DNA of 64,000 nt from Octopus sinensis (GCF_006345805.1 NC_043019.1:23001360-23065359), one strand, 5' to 3'; positions 41,112 to 53,780 are shown, counted from the stretch's first letter. The notes: generated by a model from the letters alone, not told the origin. Program-made: numbers and translations.

Positions 41112-42064
41112 CATACATACATACATACATACATACACACTCACACATACATACATACATACATACACACACATACATACATACATACATACATATACAT
41201 ACATACATATACTCACATATATTTCCACACACACACACACACACATTGGTATGCAAATATGTATAATCACACACATATCTACACACAAATATATTTATAT
41301 CGTGTGTGTGTGTGCGCGCACATATATATAGTCACCATTCACACATATACACCCTCTAATTGTCCCATCACACATCAGACAAGTTTAACTAAAATGACAT
41401 TTCATAAATGTTTACTACATACAAATGACTTTTTAGCCAAATTTTTGTTTAAAACTTTCTTCCTCTTCTTCTTCTCTCTTTCTTCTTTCCCTTCTTCTTT
41501 TTCCTCTTCCCTCTTTACATTTTTCCTCTCCAGCCCCACTCCTGCTGTCATATATTTTCTTCACAACATGTTTAAAAGGTTTTTGGGACTTCCATTGTTT
41601 CAAAAACAATTTGTTTTTTTTTATGAGTCAAGGAGGAAGCCTGTATATGGTCATATCTGCTCGATCAGCTAGAAACAACAGCCAAAATAATCTTCAAATA
41701 ATACCTTATAATGTTGATGAAAAAAAAACAAAAAAAAAAAACAATTCAATGGCACACTTGATAATATAATTCAAGGTAGACTATACCTGAAAAAGGAGGA
41801 CAAGGTTGGTATGACTGGATTGCTTTTTGAGCAAAGATCTGCTTGATCAGGGGTGAACAGAGGTCAAACAACAAACATTGCCTCCCACCCCTTCTTTGAT
41901 AGAGTATATCAGATGTTCACAATATGGGCAGTACTACCCCCAATGGTGTGCTGGCCATGTTAAAGAGAGTATTAGGTTTTAGGGAGCAGTGAGGTAACAT
42001 AATTAACATATTAAATTTTACCTCTAAAAGCATAGTGAGAGATTATCAAGGAGGGTTTTTTTTT

Positions 42065-42778
42065 ACTGTGTAAATAAGTGCCGATCTCTAACTGTAGAGG
42101 GAATTTGTGGAAGAGGTAGACCCAGAGACATATGGGATGAGGTGGTGACATATGATCTTCAGATGTTGAGTCTCATAGAGGTGATGACAAGTGACCGAGA
42201 CATTTTGGCAATTTGCTGTCCTTAAGAAGACAAGTCAAGCTAAACGAAATCATAGCCGTGTCCAGTGCTGGTGACACGTGAAAGGCACCCATGCCAGTGA
42301 CAAGTAAAAGGCCCTCAGTACACTTTGTGGAGTGGTAACCTCTCGAAAGAGCTGTTCTTCACTCCTGCTCCAGAGCGTCGGCTGCGGGGTCACTCCGAAA
42401 AGCTCTATCTGCGACGATTTCATCTCAATCGAAGGAGAGGGGCTTTCTCCGTCCGGGTTGCAGATCCGTGGAATAAGCTGCCGGACGAGATAGTGAAGAT
42501 GCCGACGACTGCTCGGTTCAAAGTCTCTCTTGACCAGAAATGGCCTGAACTCTTTGCATGAATACCTTCCCTGTACATAACTCCATGTCCCCTACATGGC
42601 CTTGCTTTTGCTTTTTGAGCCAAAAAATTAACTTAACTTAACTTAAGAAGGGCATCCAAACATAGAAATAAAACCAAAACAGACTGGAGCCTGGTGCAGC
42701 TCTCAAGCTTACCAGTTCCAGTTAAACCATCTAACCCATGCCAACATGGAAAATGGATGCTAAATTATGATGATGAAG
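42065..42778 (+). mobile_element. RTE LINE C-terminus plus 3' UTR (family D), interrupted by CR1
   Basis: KCRSLTVEGICGRGRPRDIWDEVVTYDLQMLSLIEVMTSDRD, followed by the D tail. Confidence 0.8.
42337..42646 (+). mobile_element. CR1-group LINE 3' end
   Basis: LRGHSEKL...FSVRVADPWNKLPDEIV...FKVSLD, short UTR and (ttaac)n tail. Confidence 0.88.
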
Positions 42779-42829
42779 CTTACATAGAATAGAAAACGAT
42801 GGTAGCAATCTAATATTAGATATGGATAT

Positions 42830-43178
42830 AGAGTGCGATTGTTCTCATTTGCAGACACCGAAAGAAAACTTAATGATAAGATTTAAAGACTTTACTGATT
42901 TTAAAGTACCTGATTAACTCATAAATCCATTTCTTTCTGAAGTCTCTTCTGCTCAACCAAGTTTACATGAAGAAATTATTGACTGAAAAAATTCAAGTAG
43001 ATATCCAACAGCTTGATTTTGAGTCGTTCTGGCCCAAAATACAAAGCGAGTAGCCTCAACTTTGGCAAGAAATTGAATTACTGTGCATTGTTTTCCTTTC
43101 TTCGTGTTTAGCAGAGAAAGGGTTCAGTGCAGTACCAAAATTGCTGAATAAGCAACAAAATAAATTTGCAATAACTCT
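42830..43178 (+). mobile_element. hAT (Charlie/Buster-like) transposase C-terminal fragment
   Basis: RFKDFTDFKVPD*LINPF...FW...PQLWQEIELLCIVFLSSCLAEKGFSAV dimerisation motif. Confidence 0.7.
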
Positions 43179-43449
43179 GTGAAGTGGCTGGCATTAGGAG
43201 GGACATCCAGCCATAGAAACCCTATCGGAACAGAGAAATGGAAGTTGGGCAGCTGCCGAGTTGTCCAGTTCCTGTCAAACCATTCAGCCCATACCAGCAT
43301 GGAAAGCAGATGTTAAATAGTGATGATGATGATGATGACAATGACGATGATGATGATGATGATGATGATGGTGATGATGACGACGACGATGCTGACGATG
43401 ATGGTGATGATGATGATGATGAGGAGGGGGAGGAGGATAACACTCGCTC

Positions 43450-43655
43450 TGCTTGAATGGTACACAGGTTTGTTGCAGAGCAGTTAACTTCCCAGTTGTG
43501 GCTGGAACAACGGCCGAGTGGACTGGAGCAATGTGAAATGAAGTGTTTTGCTCAAGAACTCAACATACCACCCAGTTCAGGAATTGAAACTTCAATCTTA
43601 GAAATCTTACAACTGTCAGTGCAGCACCTTAACCACTAGACCATGTGCCTTCACA
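43450..43655 (-). mobile_element. SINE family H
   Basis: gtgaaggcacatggtctagtggttaaggtgctgcac head plus H core. Confidence 0.7.
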
Positions 43656-44610
43656 GTTTTATTAGGGTAGGGCAAAAAAAAAAAAAAGGAGTGGGAGATA
43701 ATTTTTTACTCTGAAAAAGCAAAAAAAGTACCTTAGGGTAAAACTGAAATAGAAAATCTTGGGAGTCCCCTAACATAGGGGGTCATTTCTTTGATGCTGA
43801 TTGTAGAATTTAGATTTTGAGTTTTTCCAAACAGCAGCTGCTTTGGGACTAAATAACAACCACAACGCAAGGGTTAAGACCTGTAACCTTATTTTCTCAC
43901 TCTCTCTTCCTGCTACTAAAATGTTTATAATTGTAATAACTCATTGCCTTTCAACGATATTTAGGAGTTTATCGTAATCGGGAGAATAAATGCAGAAAGG
44001 TCATGCATATGTAATGAGGTGATTTGGATGACAGCCAAAGGAATAACTTTCTCTTCTTCTTGTTTAACACTGTTGCTCATACATCTGTGATTGTTGACTA
44101 TTATCAGTGCCAAAGAGAGATGAGTCTTGTGGTCATTGAAGAATGCAAAAAATAGAAACCAAATCGCCCTCAAAAATACATCCCCTACAAGGAAATGTTA
44201 AATGAACACAATGTTTACCGTAAGAAAAAGAAAAAAAGATAGATGGAATGGTCAATCATCATCAATCATCATCAATCATCATCAACAACATCTAATGTCC
44301 ATTTTCCATGCTGGCATGTGTTGGACGGCTTGATATGAACTGGCAAGGCCAGGGGATGCACCAGGTTCCATAGACTGTTTGGCATGGTTTCTATGCCCTT
44401 CCTAATGCTCCCCTCTTCAATCGGGGCTAAACAACAACAGCCGTAGTAGCAGTCACCATCATCATTAACCACTGCTACCACTACTATTGATGCTGCTACT
44501 GTCGCTACCACCACTACTCTTACTGCTACTTCCACCACCACCACCACCACCACCACTACCATCACTACTGCTACTGCTACTACTACTACTGCAACCTCCA
44601 CCACCACCAC

Positions 44611-44652
<42 letters not shown>

Positions 44653-44921
44653 GCTACCACCACCACTGCTGCTACTGCTACTACTACTACCACCTCTGGA
44701 ACAAACTGCTAGAAATAGCAGCCAAATCTCCCTTGATTCACACCATACAGTCTTAAGAATTCAGTCTGAAAAAGAAACAGAATGTCATAGATAGAATGCC
44801 TTTTGTCACAAGAATGGGAGTGCTGGTTCAATACCAGCCTGGGTCTGAAGAATATTATCACAAGCTATCAAGAAAGTCACTACAACAACATCAACATCAT
44901 CATCACTATCACTAACAACAC

Positions 44922-45352
44922 AGTGTTGTTGGTCATGGTTATGGTGTTCGTGGTGGCAGTGTCATCGGTCTTGGTGGATTTAGTGACAGTACTTATGATT
45001 GTGAGAGTGGTATTAGAATCAAACCTGGTCATGGTGTTAGTGAGGATGATGAACCATCATCATCACCATCACTATTAACACCAAGACAACCACTGCCATC
45101 ACTACCATTACCAGCACCATCACTATCACCCCCACCACCATCACCTCCACCACCACCACCATCATTACCAACACTTTCATCCTCACTAACTCCAATACCA
45201 CTACTGTCACCACGTTTGATTCCAGTGCTACCGCCACTATCACTGCTACTGCCACAATCATGAGTGCCACCACAATCACGAGTACTGCCACTAAATCCAC
45301 TAAGACCAACGACACTGCCACCACCAGCATTATAACCATGGCCAACAACACT
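44922..45352. repeat. Imperfect inverted repeat in low-complexity DNA
   Basis: 44922-45050 vs the reverse complement of 45175-45352. Confidence 0.75.
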
Positions 45353-45744
45353 ATAGCTAGCTAGAACTAACTAGAATAACTCCACCAACATCAGCAGCAC
45401 TACCACCACCAAGAACAATGACATCTTCACAACCAACAATAACAACTCCATCTCCAACATCCATTACCATCATTGCAATAAACACCACCACTATCAACAA
45501 CACCTTGCCATCAAGAACATCACATCAACACTGACAACCCCAAAAACCAATAACAACAACCCCTCTAACATCCACCACCACCATCACCAAATTAGATTTT
45601 ACCAATTTTGCATAATCTACTGAGTTTCCATTAAACAAGATGTAATTATTCTGCTAAATTAACTCAGCTTCCACACTCAACATATGTTTGGAAACTGAAG
45701 GATCTCACACCAATTTTTTTTTAGTATAATGTTTGGGAATGAAG

Positions 45745-45880
45745 GTAGCGAGCTGACAAGAATCGTTAGCACGTTATGCAAAATGCTTAGTGGCATTTTG
45801 TCCGTCTTTACATTCTGAGTTCAAATCCCACCAAGGTTGACTTTGCCTTTCGTCCTTTTGGGGTTGATAAAATAAGTACC
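45745..45880 (+). mobile_element. SINE family B, 5' part, truncated next to the Helitron
   Basis: ggtagcgagctgacaagaatcgttagcac...gataaaataagtacc. Confidence 0.8.
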
Positions 45881-46777
45881 GTATATATATATATAATCTA
45901 TATATTAATACACTTGTACCATCAGTGTTTGTCACGCTATAGGAGATAAGTCAGGATTAAATTTGAGTTATTTCCCTTGGATTTGTGAAAAGAAGAAAAG
46001 GATAATATATTATCTATATATAATATAGGAAAGTGCTGTAACGGATGTATTTCACATATACTTCCAAACAATAACTTAATATATACTTATTTTATTAATA
46101 AATGTCTCTCTCTCTATCTCTTTCTCTTTCTCTCTCTCTCTCTCTGTCTCTGTTTCTCTCTCAATGTCTTTCTTTCTTTCTTTCTATCATATGAAATATA
46201 CCTGACATATTCTACAGATCGATATAAACTACCGGGACCCGTGAAAACTTCATGGAAAACAAAAAAAGTAAGCATCTTTAAATAGTGACCATATTTAACT
46301 ATCGAATAATTTTTATTATTTTTGTGTTATATTACAAATAATCATACATTTTCATATAATATAATTTTATATGTTTTCAATACGACAGTTCATAGATTGT
46401 ACATTGCACAATGCTCACTTTCACATCCGTGGAAGGTGTGAGCTTTGAGGTTCTTCATGTTTGTTTTTCACTGGATACATAAATAGGATACATCTGAATT
46501 AATTCATCATAATTATTGAGAATATTGAACAATAAACAAAAACTTACATAGCATTCCCCAATTTTTTTCATCTGAACACAATTTGCGTTACAGACCATGA
46601 AGATTAAAAATGGTGGGATGCGACCGTAGACTTCCCCAAGTAAAGATTTGTCACAGAAGCATAGAGTGTAGCTAAAGCTATTTTAACATTGCATTATATT
46701 CCTGAAGAAATTCATTGTAGTATAGTTACAACTGATTACATATAATTCACTTTAGCATTCTATATATTGATATGCTT

Positions 46778-46989
46778 CTACCATTGGTGTTTGTCACGCC
46801 GAGGAAACTGTTTTCATATATTACTTACACCTACCATCAGTGTTTGTCACGCTGAGGAAACTGTTTTCATATATTAGTTACACCTACCATCAGTGTTTGT
46901 CACGCTGAGGAAACTGTTTTCATATATTACTTACACCTACCATCGGTGTTTGTCACGCTGAGGAAACTGCTTTCATATATCACTTACAC
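46778..46989 (+). repeat. 4 x 53-bp tandem repeat in the Helitron 5' region
   Basis: ctaccatcagtgtttgtcacgctgaggaaactgttttcatatattacttacac at 46778, 46831, 46884 and 46937. Confidence 0.95.
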
Positions 46990-47403
46990 ATTCAACCATT
47001 CTTAAAAATGGAAGAGAGAATAAGTCAACAAAGAGTGGCACCAAAAGAGCAACAGAGAAGACAAAGACAACGGTTACCAGCAGAAGAGAGGCAAGCAATC
47101 CATGACTATATTCGGGAACAAATGCAAGAAAGGAGGAATAATATGAACCAAGAGGAGAGAGAATTTTATCTTCAGAATAGAGGAAACAGAGATTGAGAGA
47201 GAAGAAATAACATGAATCCCAAGGAGAGAGAAGCTTATCTACAGAATATGAGAAACAGAGTTCAACAGCGAAGAAATGCCATAAATGAGAATAAAAACTT
47301 TAGGATTCCATATTGGTGATATGAATGTTATTTGTTGATACTATGGAGCTCTAAGATTCTCAAGAGAGGGCTTGGCAGGTATCACAACTAGCAGGACTGG
47401 CTA

Positions 47404-47449
47404 TCCTAGACTGATGACGAGCAATGGACTCAGAAACATAGCCCTAGGA
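47404..47449 (+). ncRNA. Degenerate type-I hammerhead-like motif in an insert within the Helitron
   Basis: uccuag a-CUGAUGA-c GAG(caaugga)CUC a-GAAA-c aua g cc-c cuagga; cleavage triplet is GCC rather than GUC. Confidence 0.5.
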
Positions 47450-49323
47450 AGCATCGACGCTTCCTGTCGGCTTTGACACATTTCCTGTGTCCTTATATTT
47501 GTGAAGGGGAGGCAAGCACCCCCACCAGCTAGGGCTAGCACCTTGAGACATGCATGCCACAATGGAAAAATATTAATTCCCACTTTACAAGAATATCCTG
47601 GTAATCTTAGGCAATTGTTTGACAGAAATAATCACGAAGGATCTAATTTTAGGAACAACATAAGAAAATATAATTCTGCCTTTGCAGTTGCTTCTTTTGG
47701 TGCTAATATCAAACCTCCACCAGGACCTGGCCCTTATTGCTTCTGATTACAAGGTCAAATATATCATTACACCAGCAATCTGCATCCAAATGAAACCAAA
47801 TAGAGAGGATATGGTCAGCTCTACATCATTGAAACAAATGAAGCAATCCATACCTGAGCCAATGCTAATTAAAATGCCAATTGCTTATTATTGGTGTTTG
47901 AACAAATATTAGTTACAATGAATAGTAGTCCTTATGCAGCAGCATACAATAATGTGAAAACTATTGAAATGCAAGAGCAAGAAAGAGCTGCAAAAGAAAA
48001 TATTCCTTCTAGAAAAGTAACCATACACTTCATCCCAGGTCTTGATGCAAGAAGATGCAATAATCCAACAATAAGATTGCGTCAATTTTTGTTGGTGAAG
48101 ATGGAGTGCTGCTAGTCCATGGTGATATTGTTGTATATCCTATAGGACAACATAAAGAGAGAATATCGTACATTTCTTGGCATTTAGGCCCCATGGTTTA
48201 TCCTCGTCTTTTTCCAAATGGCAAACAAGGATGGCATATCAACATACCGCACATACAACATTATCAAACCAGAGTTCGTAATAATGTAACAATGCAGGAA
48301 TTCTACGCATATCATTTGGCCATAAGAGGTGGTTTCAGCGCAATACATTGAGTGGGAAAATTATTTCAACAATACATTAAGTAGACACAGCAATTGCACT
48401 TCCATAATATTGTAGTCAGAATGTACTCAGCAAGTCCACGTAATGCAGAAAAAGTTTATTTGAGGATGCTACTCTTGCATATCCCTGATGCAGCTTCTTT
48501 CAATCGTTTAAGAACTGTTGAAGGTGAAGAATTTGAAACTTCCAAAAGGGTGTGTATTACATTGAGACTTCTTGATAATGATAATTAACTACAAAACACT
48601 TTGACAGAAGCAGCAACATATCAAATGCCACGGCAGCTTCTAGGCATGTTTGCCTCTTTAATCAACCTGTCAAGGCTTTGCAACTATGGAATGAAAACAA
48701 AGAATTTATAATTGAGGACCTTTTGCTAAGAAAGGACTACACTACTGCTGAAAATATTGCTCTTCATTTGGTGGAGGCCATATTTGGGGAAAATGGCCTC
48801 CACATTGTAGCATGTTAGGCCTTCCTGAACCAGTTGGAGAGCCCCTAAGAAATGAAAATAATACAGAACAATGAATTGTAAATACAAATTTATTGAACAT
48901 TGAACAAAGAGAAGTATTTAATTGCATGATTGATGCCACATTTTCAGTTGAGAGAGGAGAAGAAATTAATAATAGATTGTTTTATTAGGACATGCCAGTA
49001 GGGTCAGGAAAAACTTTTATTCTTCAATATGATTTACGATCATCTTACAGCTAACAATATAACAGTAAGTACATCTGCTTGGAATGGCATTGCTACAACT
49101 CACTTGAAAGGTGGTAAAACTCTTCACAGTGTATTCAAGCTTCCAGTTCCTTTGTGTGAAACAAGTGTGTGCAATGTTCCACCAAATTCTATTCAAGGAA
49201 ACATTCTTAAGCGAGTAAAAATCTTCATTATTGACGAAGCTTCAATGATACCAGTTTATGGTTTGACAGCTAGAGATAATTGTTTAAGAGATATTATGAA
49301 TAGTAACAGTATATTTGGTTACT

Positions 49324-49578
49324 ACCCATGCCAGCATAGAAAACAGACATTAACCCCATGACAATGGTTTTTTATCAGGCAACCAGGTTACACTGACAGT
49401 AATTATCTTGGCTGAGATCAGCAATTAGCACACAACAACTGTTTGGCATATATTTGCATCTACTGCTTTAAAGCATGCACTGTTTATTTATGTAAACTGT
49501 CATCACTGCGAGGACCGTAAATTCAACAAAACTGGCATGGCTGGATGCAACTGGAAATTTTGTGAAGAACCAGAAAGA
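49324..49578 (+). repeat. Copy of 51167-51424 inserted in the helicase
   Basis: ~255 bp colinear match; interrupts SNSIFG|KIIVLGGDFRQ. Confidence 0.9.
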
Positions 49579-50315
49579 TTATCGTACTAGGAGGAGATTT
49601 TAGACAAGTTCTTCCAGTTGTTCCCAGAGCTCCTCCTGCCGCTGTACTTGCCTCAAACGCTCCTCTGTGTCAGATAATTTTCATCAAATGCAACTTATGC
49701 AATTCATGTGAACAAATGCAAATGAACAAGGTTTTACGAGGTGGCTACTACAACTTTGAAGTGGATTTCTTCAAAGCTCTCCTGATAATCTTGCAGAAGA
49801 TACTGTTGATATTCCCGAGGCATGCATATGTAACAATTCTTTGGTATCTGATATATTGTACAGCAGAAGAAATTAAAAATATCCCCTAAAAATTCAAACT
49901 GCTTAGCAGTAAATGAAGAAATTCTGCAGAATTTGTTCTGCATCGGACCCAGTTCCTAGTTCATCTGTTCTATTCTATAATAATCTATAAAGCACAGGGG
50001 AAAACATTCAATAGAGTTGGCATATACTTGCCACAGCAATGCTTCACTCATGGCTAGCTTTACGTAGCTTTTTCAAGAGTAAGGGTGATGAACAGTGTGA
50101 GAGTTAAAGTGATACCTCAAAACAAACTCACTCATGGTTGCAGAAGGGGAATCACTTATACAAGAAAAATTGTAAATAGGGAAGTGCTTATATTATTAAG
50201 AAATATAATATAAAGGATAATAGTATTTTTCATCAACCAAAATAGGGCAAAGTAAACAATTTTGATTAAATAACTATTCATTGCACGATATTTAAATTAT
50301 CCGTGAATTTTGTTG

Positions 50316-50347
<32 letters not shown>

Positions 50348-50385
50348 GGTGGTGGTGGTAGTGGTGATGTTATTGTTGTTGTTGT

Positions 50386-50600
50386 GAGCTGGCAGAATAA
50401 TTAGCATACCAGGCAAAATGCTTAGCAGCATTTCGTCTGTCAGTGCGTTCTGGGTTCAAATTTAGCCAAGGTTGAATTTGCCTTTCAGCCTTTCAGAGGT
50501 CAACAGATTAAGTAGCAGTCGAATAATGAGGCCAATGTAATCAACTTATGCTCTTTCCCAGATTTGTTGGCCTTGTGCCACAATATTAAATCAATATGAT
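50386..50600 (+). mobile_element. SINE family B variant
   Basis: gagctggcagaataattagcatacc...ggccttgtgcca. Confidence 0.75.
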
Positions 50601-50662
50601 GTTTGGATGTATATAGAACACATCTCACTTATAAACCTTAAACGTAACTGTTTATGACATAC

Positions 50663-50853
50663 AGTGAGGGCTCATAGCTTAGTGGTTAGGGTGTTCAGCT
50701 CACAATTGTAAGGCTGTAAGTTTGATACCCAGTGGTGTGTTGTATCCTTGAGCAAGACATTTCATTTCACATCACTCCAGTCCATTCAGCTGGCAAAAGT
50801 GAGTAGTACCTGCACTTGAAAGGGCCAGCCTTATCACATTCTGTGCCATGCTG
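50663..50853 (+). mobile_element. SINE with H head/core and C type-1 tail
   Basis: gtgagggctcatagcttagtggttaggg...gtacctgcacttgaaagggccagcctt. Confidence 0.65.
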
Positions 50854-50919
50854 TGAAATAAGCATTAGTTTTGACTGAGAAATCTGAATTCTAAAGGGTT
50901 AACCCATTAGTGTTCAGGT

Positions 50920-51197
50920 TACCAGTGCTGGTGCCATGTAAAAAGCATCCAGTCCACACTGTGAAGTGGTTGGCATTTGGAAGGGCATCCATCTGTAAAA
51001 ACCATGCCAAAACTGACCTTGCCTGTGCTGGTTGCAAGTAAAAAGCGCTCAGTTCATTCTACAGGATGGTTGGTGTTAGGAAGGGCATCCAGCTATGAAA
51101 ACTGTCAAAACAAACATAGTAGTCTGGTGTAGTCTTCTAGCTGGTCAGCTCCTGTTAAACCACCCAACCCATGCCAACATAGAAAACAAACATTAAC
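50920..51197 (+). mobile_element. RTE 3' end with a duplicated subterminal block
   Basis: ggttgg..ttaggaagggcatcca occurs twice. Confidence 0.7.
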
Positions 51198-51529
51198 CCC
51201 ATGACAATGGTTTTTTTATCAGGCAACTAGGTTGCACTGACGGTAATTATCTTGGCTGAGATTAATAATTAGCACACAACAACAGTTCGGCATATATTTG
51301 CATCTACTGCTTTAAAGCAGCATGCACTGTTTAATTATGTAAACTGTCATCACTGCGAGGGTCGTAAGTTCAATGAAACTGGCATGGTTGGATGCAACTG
51401 GAAATTCCGTGAAGAACCAGAAGAATTTGCTGAACGTGTACAAATTTAATAGGAAGTTATTGTGGAAATGCTGCTTTTATACTATTACAGAGATGAAGTC
51501 TCAAACTGAGATGGAAATATCTACATGAA

Positions 51530-52115
51530 GAGTCCAACAAACCTACAAAGAAATTATGAGTTACATTGATATTTCTTGCAGCTGAAGATCCTAGCATATA
51601 ACCATTTATTTTCTGCAGTAAGAACAATAATGGATTCAGTACCAATATGTAAAAAAGTACAGAAAGACTCTCTCCCTAGAATATTCTCTTTGAAATGCCT
51701 ATACTATCAGAAACGATTATTCTGTTCTCAGTTGTAAGGGTTAAGAATTGTTGTCCATGTCTTTGTGAGTTTCTCTATAGCAGCAATTAAGGCTGTAGGA
51801 ACCTTTGCCAGATGTAGGTACTTCAACAGCCATGAATGAGGTATAGAGTCGAATGCCTTCTTATAGTCAAGCCATACTGTCACAAGGTTTCTAAATTGTT
51901 TTCTTACTTCAGACAGTACAACTTTGTATATTAAAAGTTGTTTGGCACATACCCACACTCCCTTCTTTCCACCAGCCTGTTCGTCAGTCACAATGTTGCT
52001 CGACTCACAATGGTCCTGGAGGAATTGGTTGAGGAAACTTGTGTACAGTTTGTACATAGTGTTTATGCAAGCAATGGGTTTGTAGTTTCCTCCCATCTCG
52101 GTGATTTCATTTTTG
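51530..52115 (-). pseudogene. Non-LTR reverse transcriptase fragment, R4/Dong-like
   Basis: NYKPIACINTMYKLYT..EQAGGKKG..WLDYKKAFDSIPHSWL..GESLS..LNPL..VTHNFFV. Confidence 0.85.
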
Positions 52116-52127
52116 GCAACATATGTA

Positions 52128-52149
<22 letters not shown>

Positions 52150-52166
<17 letters not shown>

Positions 52167-52398
52167 TTGTGTCTCTTTGTCTTAACATCACACAATGGTT
52201 GTAAATGAGTGTCACCGTCACCCAAGCGGTGTCATTCATTTCCAGTATACTGCAAGACTAAGTCTGGCCATGGGGAAATGTTACCTTGATTGAAAACAGG
52301 TGAGGGCTGGTGACAGGAAGGGCATCTGGCTGTTGAAAATCTGCTTCAACAAACTCCATCTGACTCTTGCAAGCAAGGAAAAGTGGACATTAAAATAG
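52150..52398 (+). mobile_element. SINE variant body with an RTE-like tail
   Basis: Body shared with 11540-11650(-); tail acaggaagggcatctggctg..ggacattaaa. Confidence 0.65.
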
Positions 52399-52530
52399 TT
52401 GTGTGTATGTAGGGCACACACTCAGCTGGACGATTGCTTAGAGACACAAGGCATGTTATTACAACTTGCCAAGACAACATCTCCAGTGCATGAAACCCTG
52501 AATAGCTCACAACTGTATACTATGTACATT

Positions 52531-52561
<31 letters not shown>

Positions 52562-52573
52562 TCATGCACACAC

Positions 52574-52635
<62 letters not shown>

Positions 52636-53279
52636 CACACACACACACACATACACACACACACACACTCACACATACACAAATACTTAAATCTACAGCT
52701 ATTTCTGACATATCCACAGTTATCTAGGAATATCATTATTAACAAGATTAATTTCATCAATATTTAATGTTTTACACTTTGATAAGACTGCCATAGTGAA
52801 AGTTAACTATTTGACATTTAACATCCATTATTTAAAATTGTTGACATGTTGACAGTTGTGGCTAATACAATATACTTTGACGGACCCATGTTGCCTTCTA
52901 TAAATATTCCTTATTGATCATCATGGCATAATTAAAATTGATTATCATCAACATAATAAAGAAAATTTACAGTTCTTGCAGATTTGTGAACCATTCAGGA
53001 AAAGAATATTTCACGCAAAATAATGATAACAGAAGAAAGAGAGGAACTGACATCCACCTCGCTTTGTGGCTCTGTGCCATTCTGTTAAGGGGCTGGGGAG
53101 TGGCAAAATCATTAGAGCATTGTGAAAATGGTTGTGGTAAGGGTGACAGTGGTGGTGGTGGTGATGGTGGTGGCGATGGTGGCAGTAGGGGAGAGGAGGG
53201 AGAGGTGGAAGAGGAGGGGTGGAGGGGGAAGGGAGGGAGAGGGGAGGGAGAGGAGGAGGAAGAGGATATATATATATGG

Positions 53280-53540
53280 AGGTCATCTTGACCTTGTTAT
53301 CTCCCCTACTTTCCCCTTCCCATCTGACCATTCTGTCCGAGTCAGACACCATAATAGATCATTAGCTACTACACACATTTTTTTCTCTCCTTGTTTTTTC
53401 TGTGTACCTTTCTGTAGAAGAGCGTAGGCTCGAAACGTAAAAGACTTTTTCTATTCCTGAGCGCTATACTAATACATTTGTTTGTTTGTACACCACCTGC
53501 CTTCGTCTTTTGTTTATTTTCGTAAACTTTCCCTTTATAT
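53280..53540 (+). mobile_element. Repeat family E
   Basis: Matches 5676-5890; flanked by (TA)n. Confidence 0.75.
53408..53443 (+). ncRNA. Putative minimal hammerhead variant
   Basis: CUUU-CUGUAGA-A-GAGC(guag)GCUC-GAAA-CGUA-AAAG; core has A6U. Confidence 0.5.
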
Positions 53541-53544
53541 ATAT

Positions 53545-53730
53545 ACGATAGGCTTCTTTGAGCTTCTGTCTACTACCCCTTGTCAGTAGAAGACTTCCGT
53601 GTTCCACTCGCAAGGCCTTGGTCAGCCTGAGGCTATAGCAGAAGACACTTGCCCTAGATGTCATGCAGTGGGACTGAGCCCAGAACCATGTGGTTGGGAA
53701 GCAAGCTTCTTACCACACAGCCACTCCTGC
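53545..53730 (-). mobile_element. SINE family A, 5' half
   Basis: Reverse complement of the head. Confidence 0.8.
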
Positions 53731-53734
53731 ACAC

Positions 53735-53766
<32 letters not shown>

Positions 53767-53780
53767 ATACATATATATAT

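Larger units (their letters stand above)
47008..50200 (+). pseudogene. Helitron Rep/PIF1-helicase pseudogene
   Basis: CHNGK..FRNNIRKYNSAFAVASFG, QGQIYH, YP.LFP.G..GWH, GKLFQQYI, YLRMLLLH, GSGKTF, GGKTLHSVFKLP, IIDEASM, GGDFRQVLPV, KAQGKT, HG*LYVAFSRV. Confidence 0.92.
45898..50300 (+). mobile_element. Decayed Helitron
   Basis: A|TC 5' terminus (tctatatattaata), RepHel remnants; 3' hairpin-CTRR not clearly found, so the right boundary is approximate. Confidence 0.85.

Noticed and set aside
46778-46989. CRISPR-like regular repeats
   Set aside because: Contiguous tandem units with no unique spacers, in a eukaryotic Helitron context
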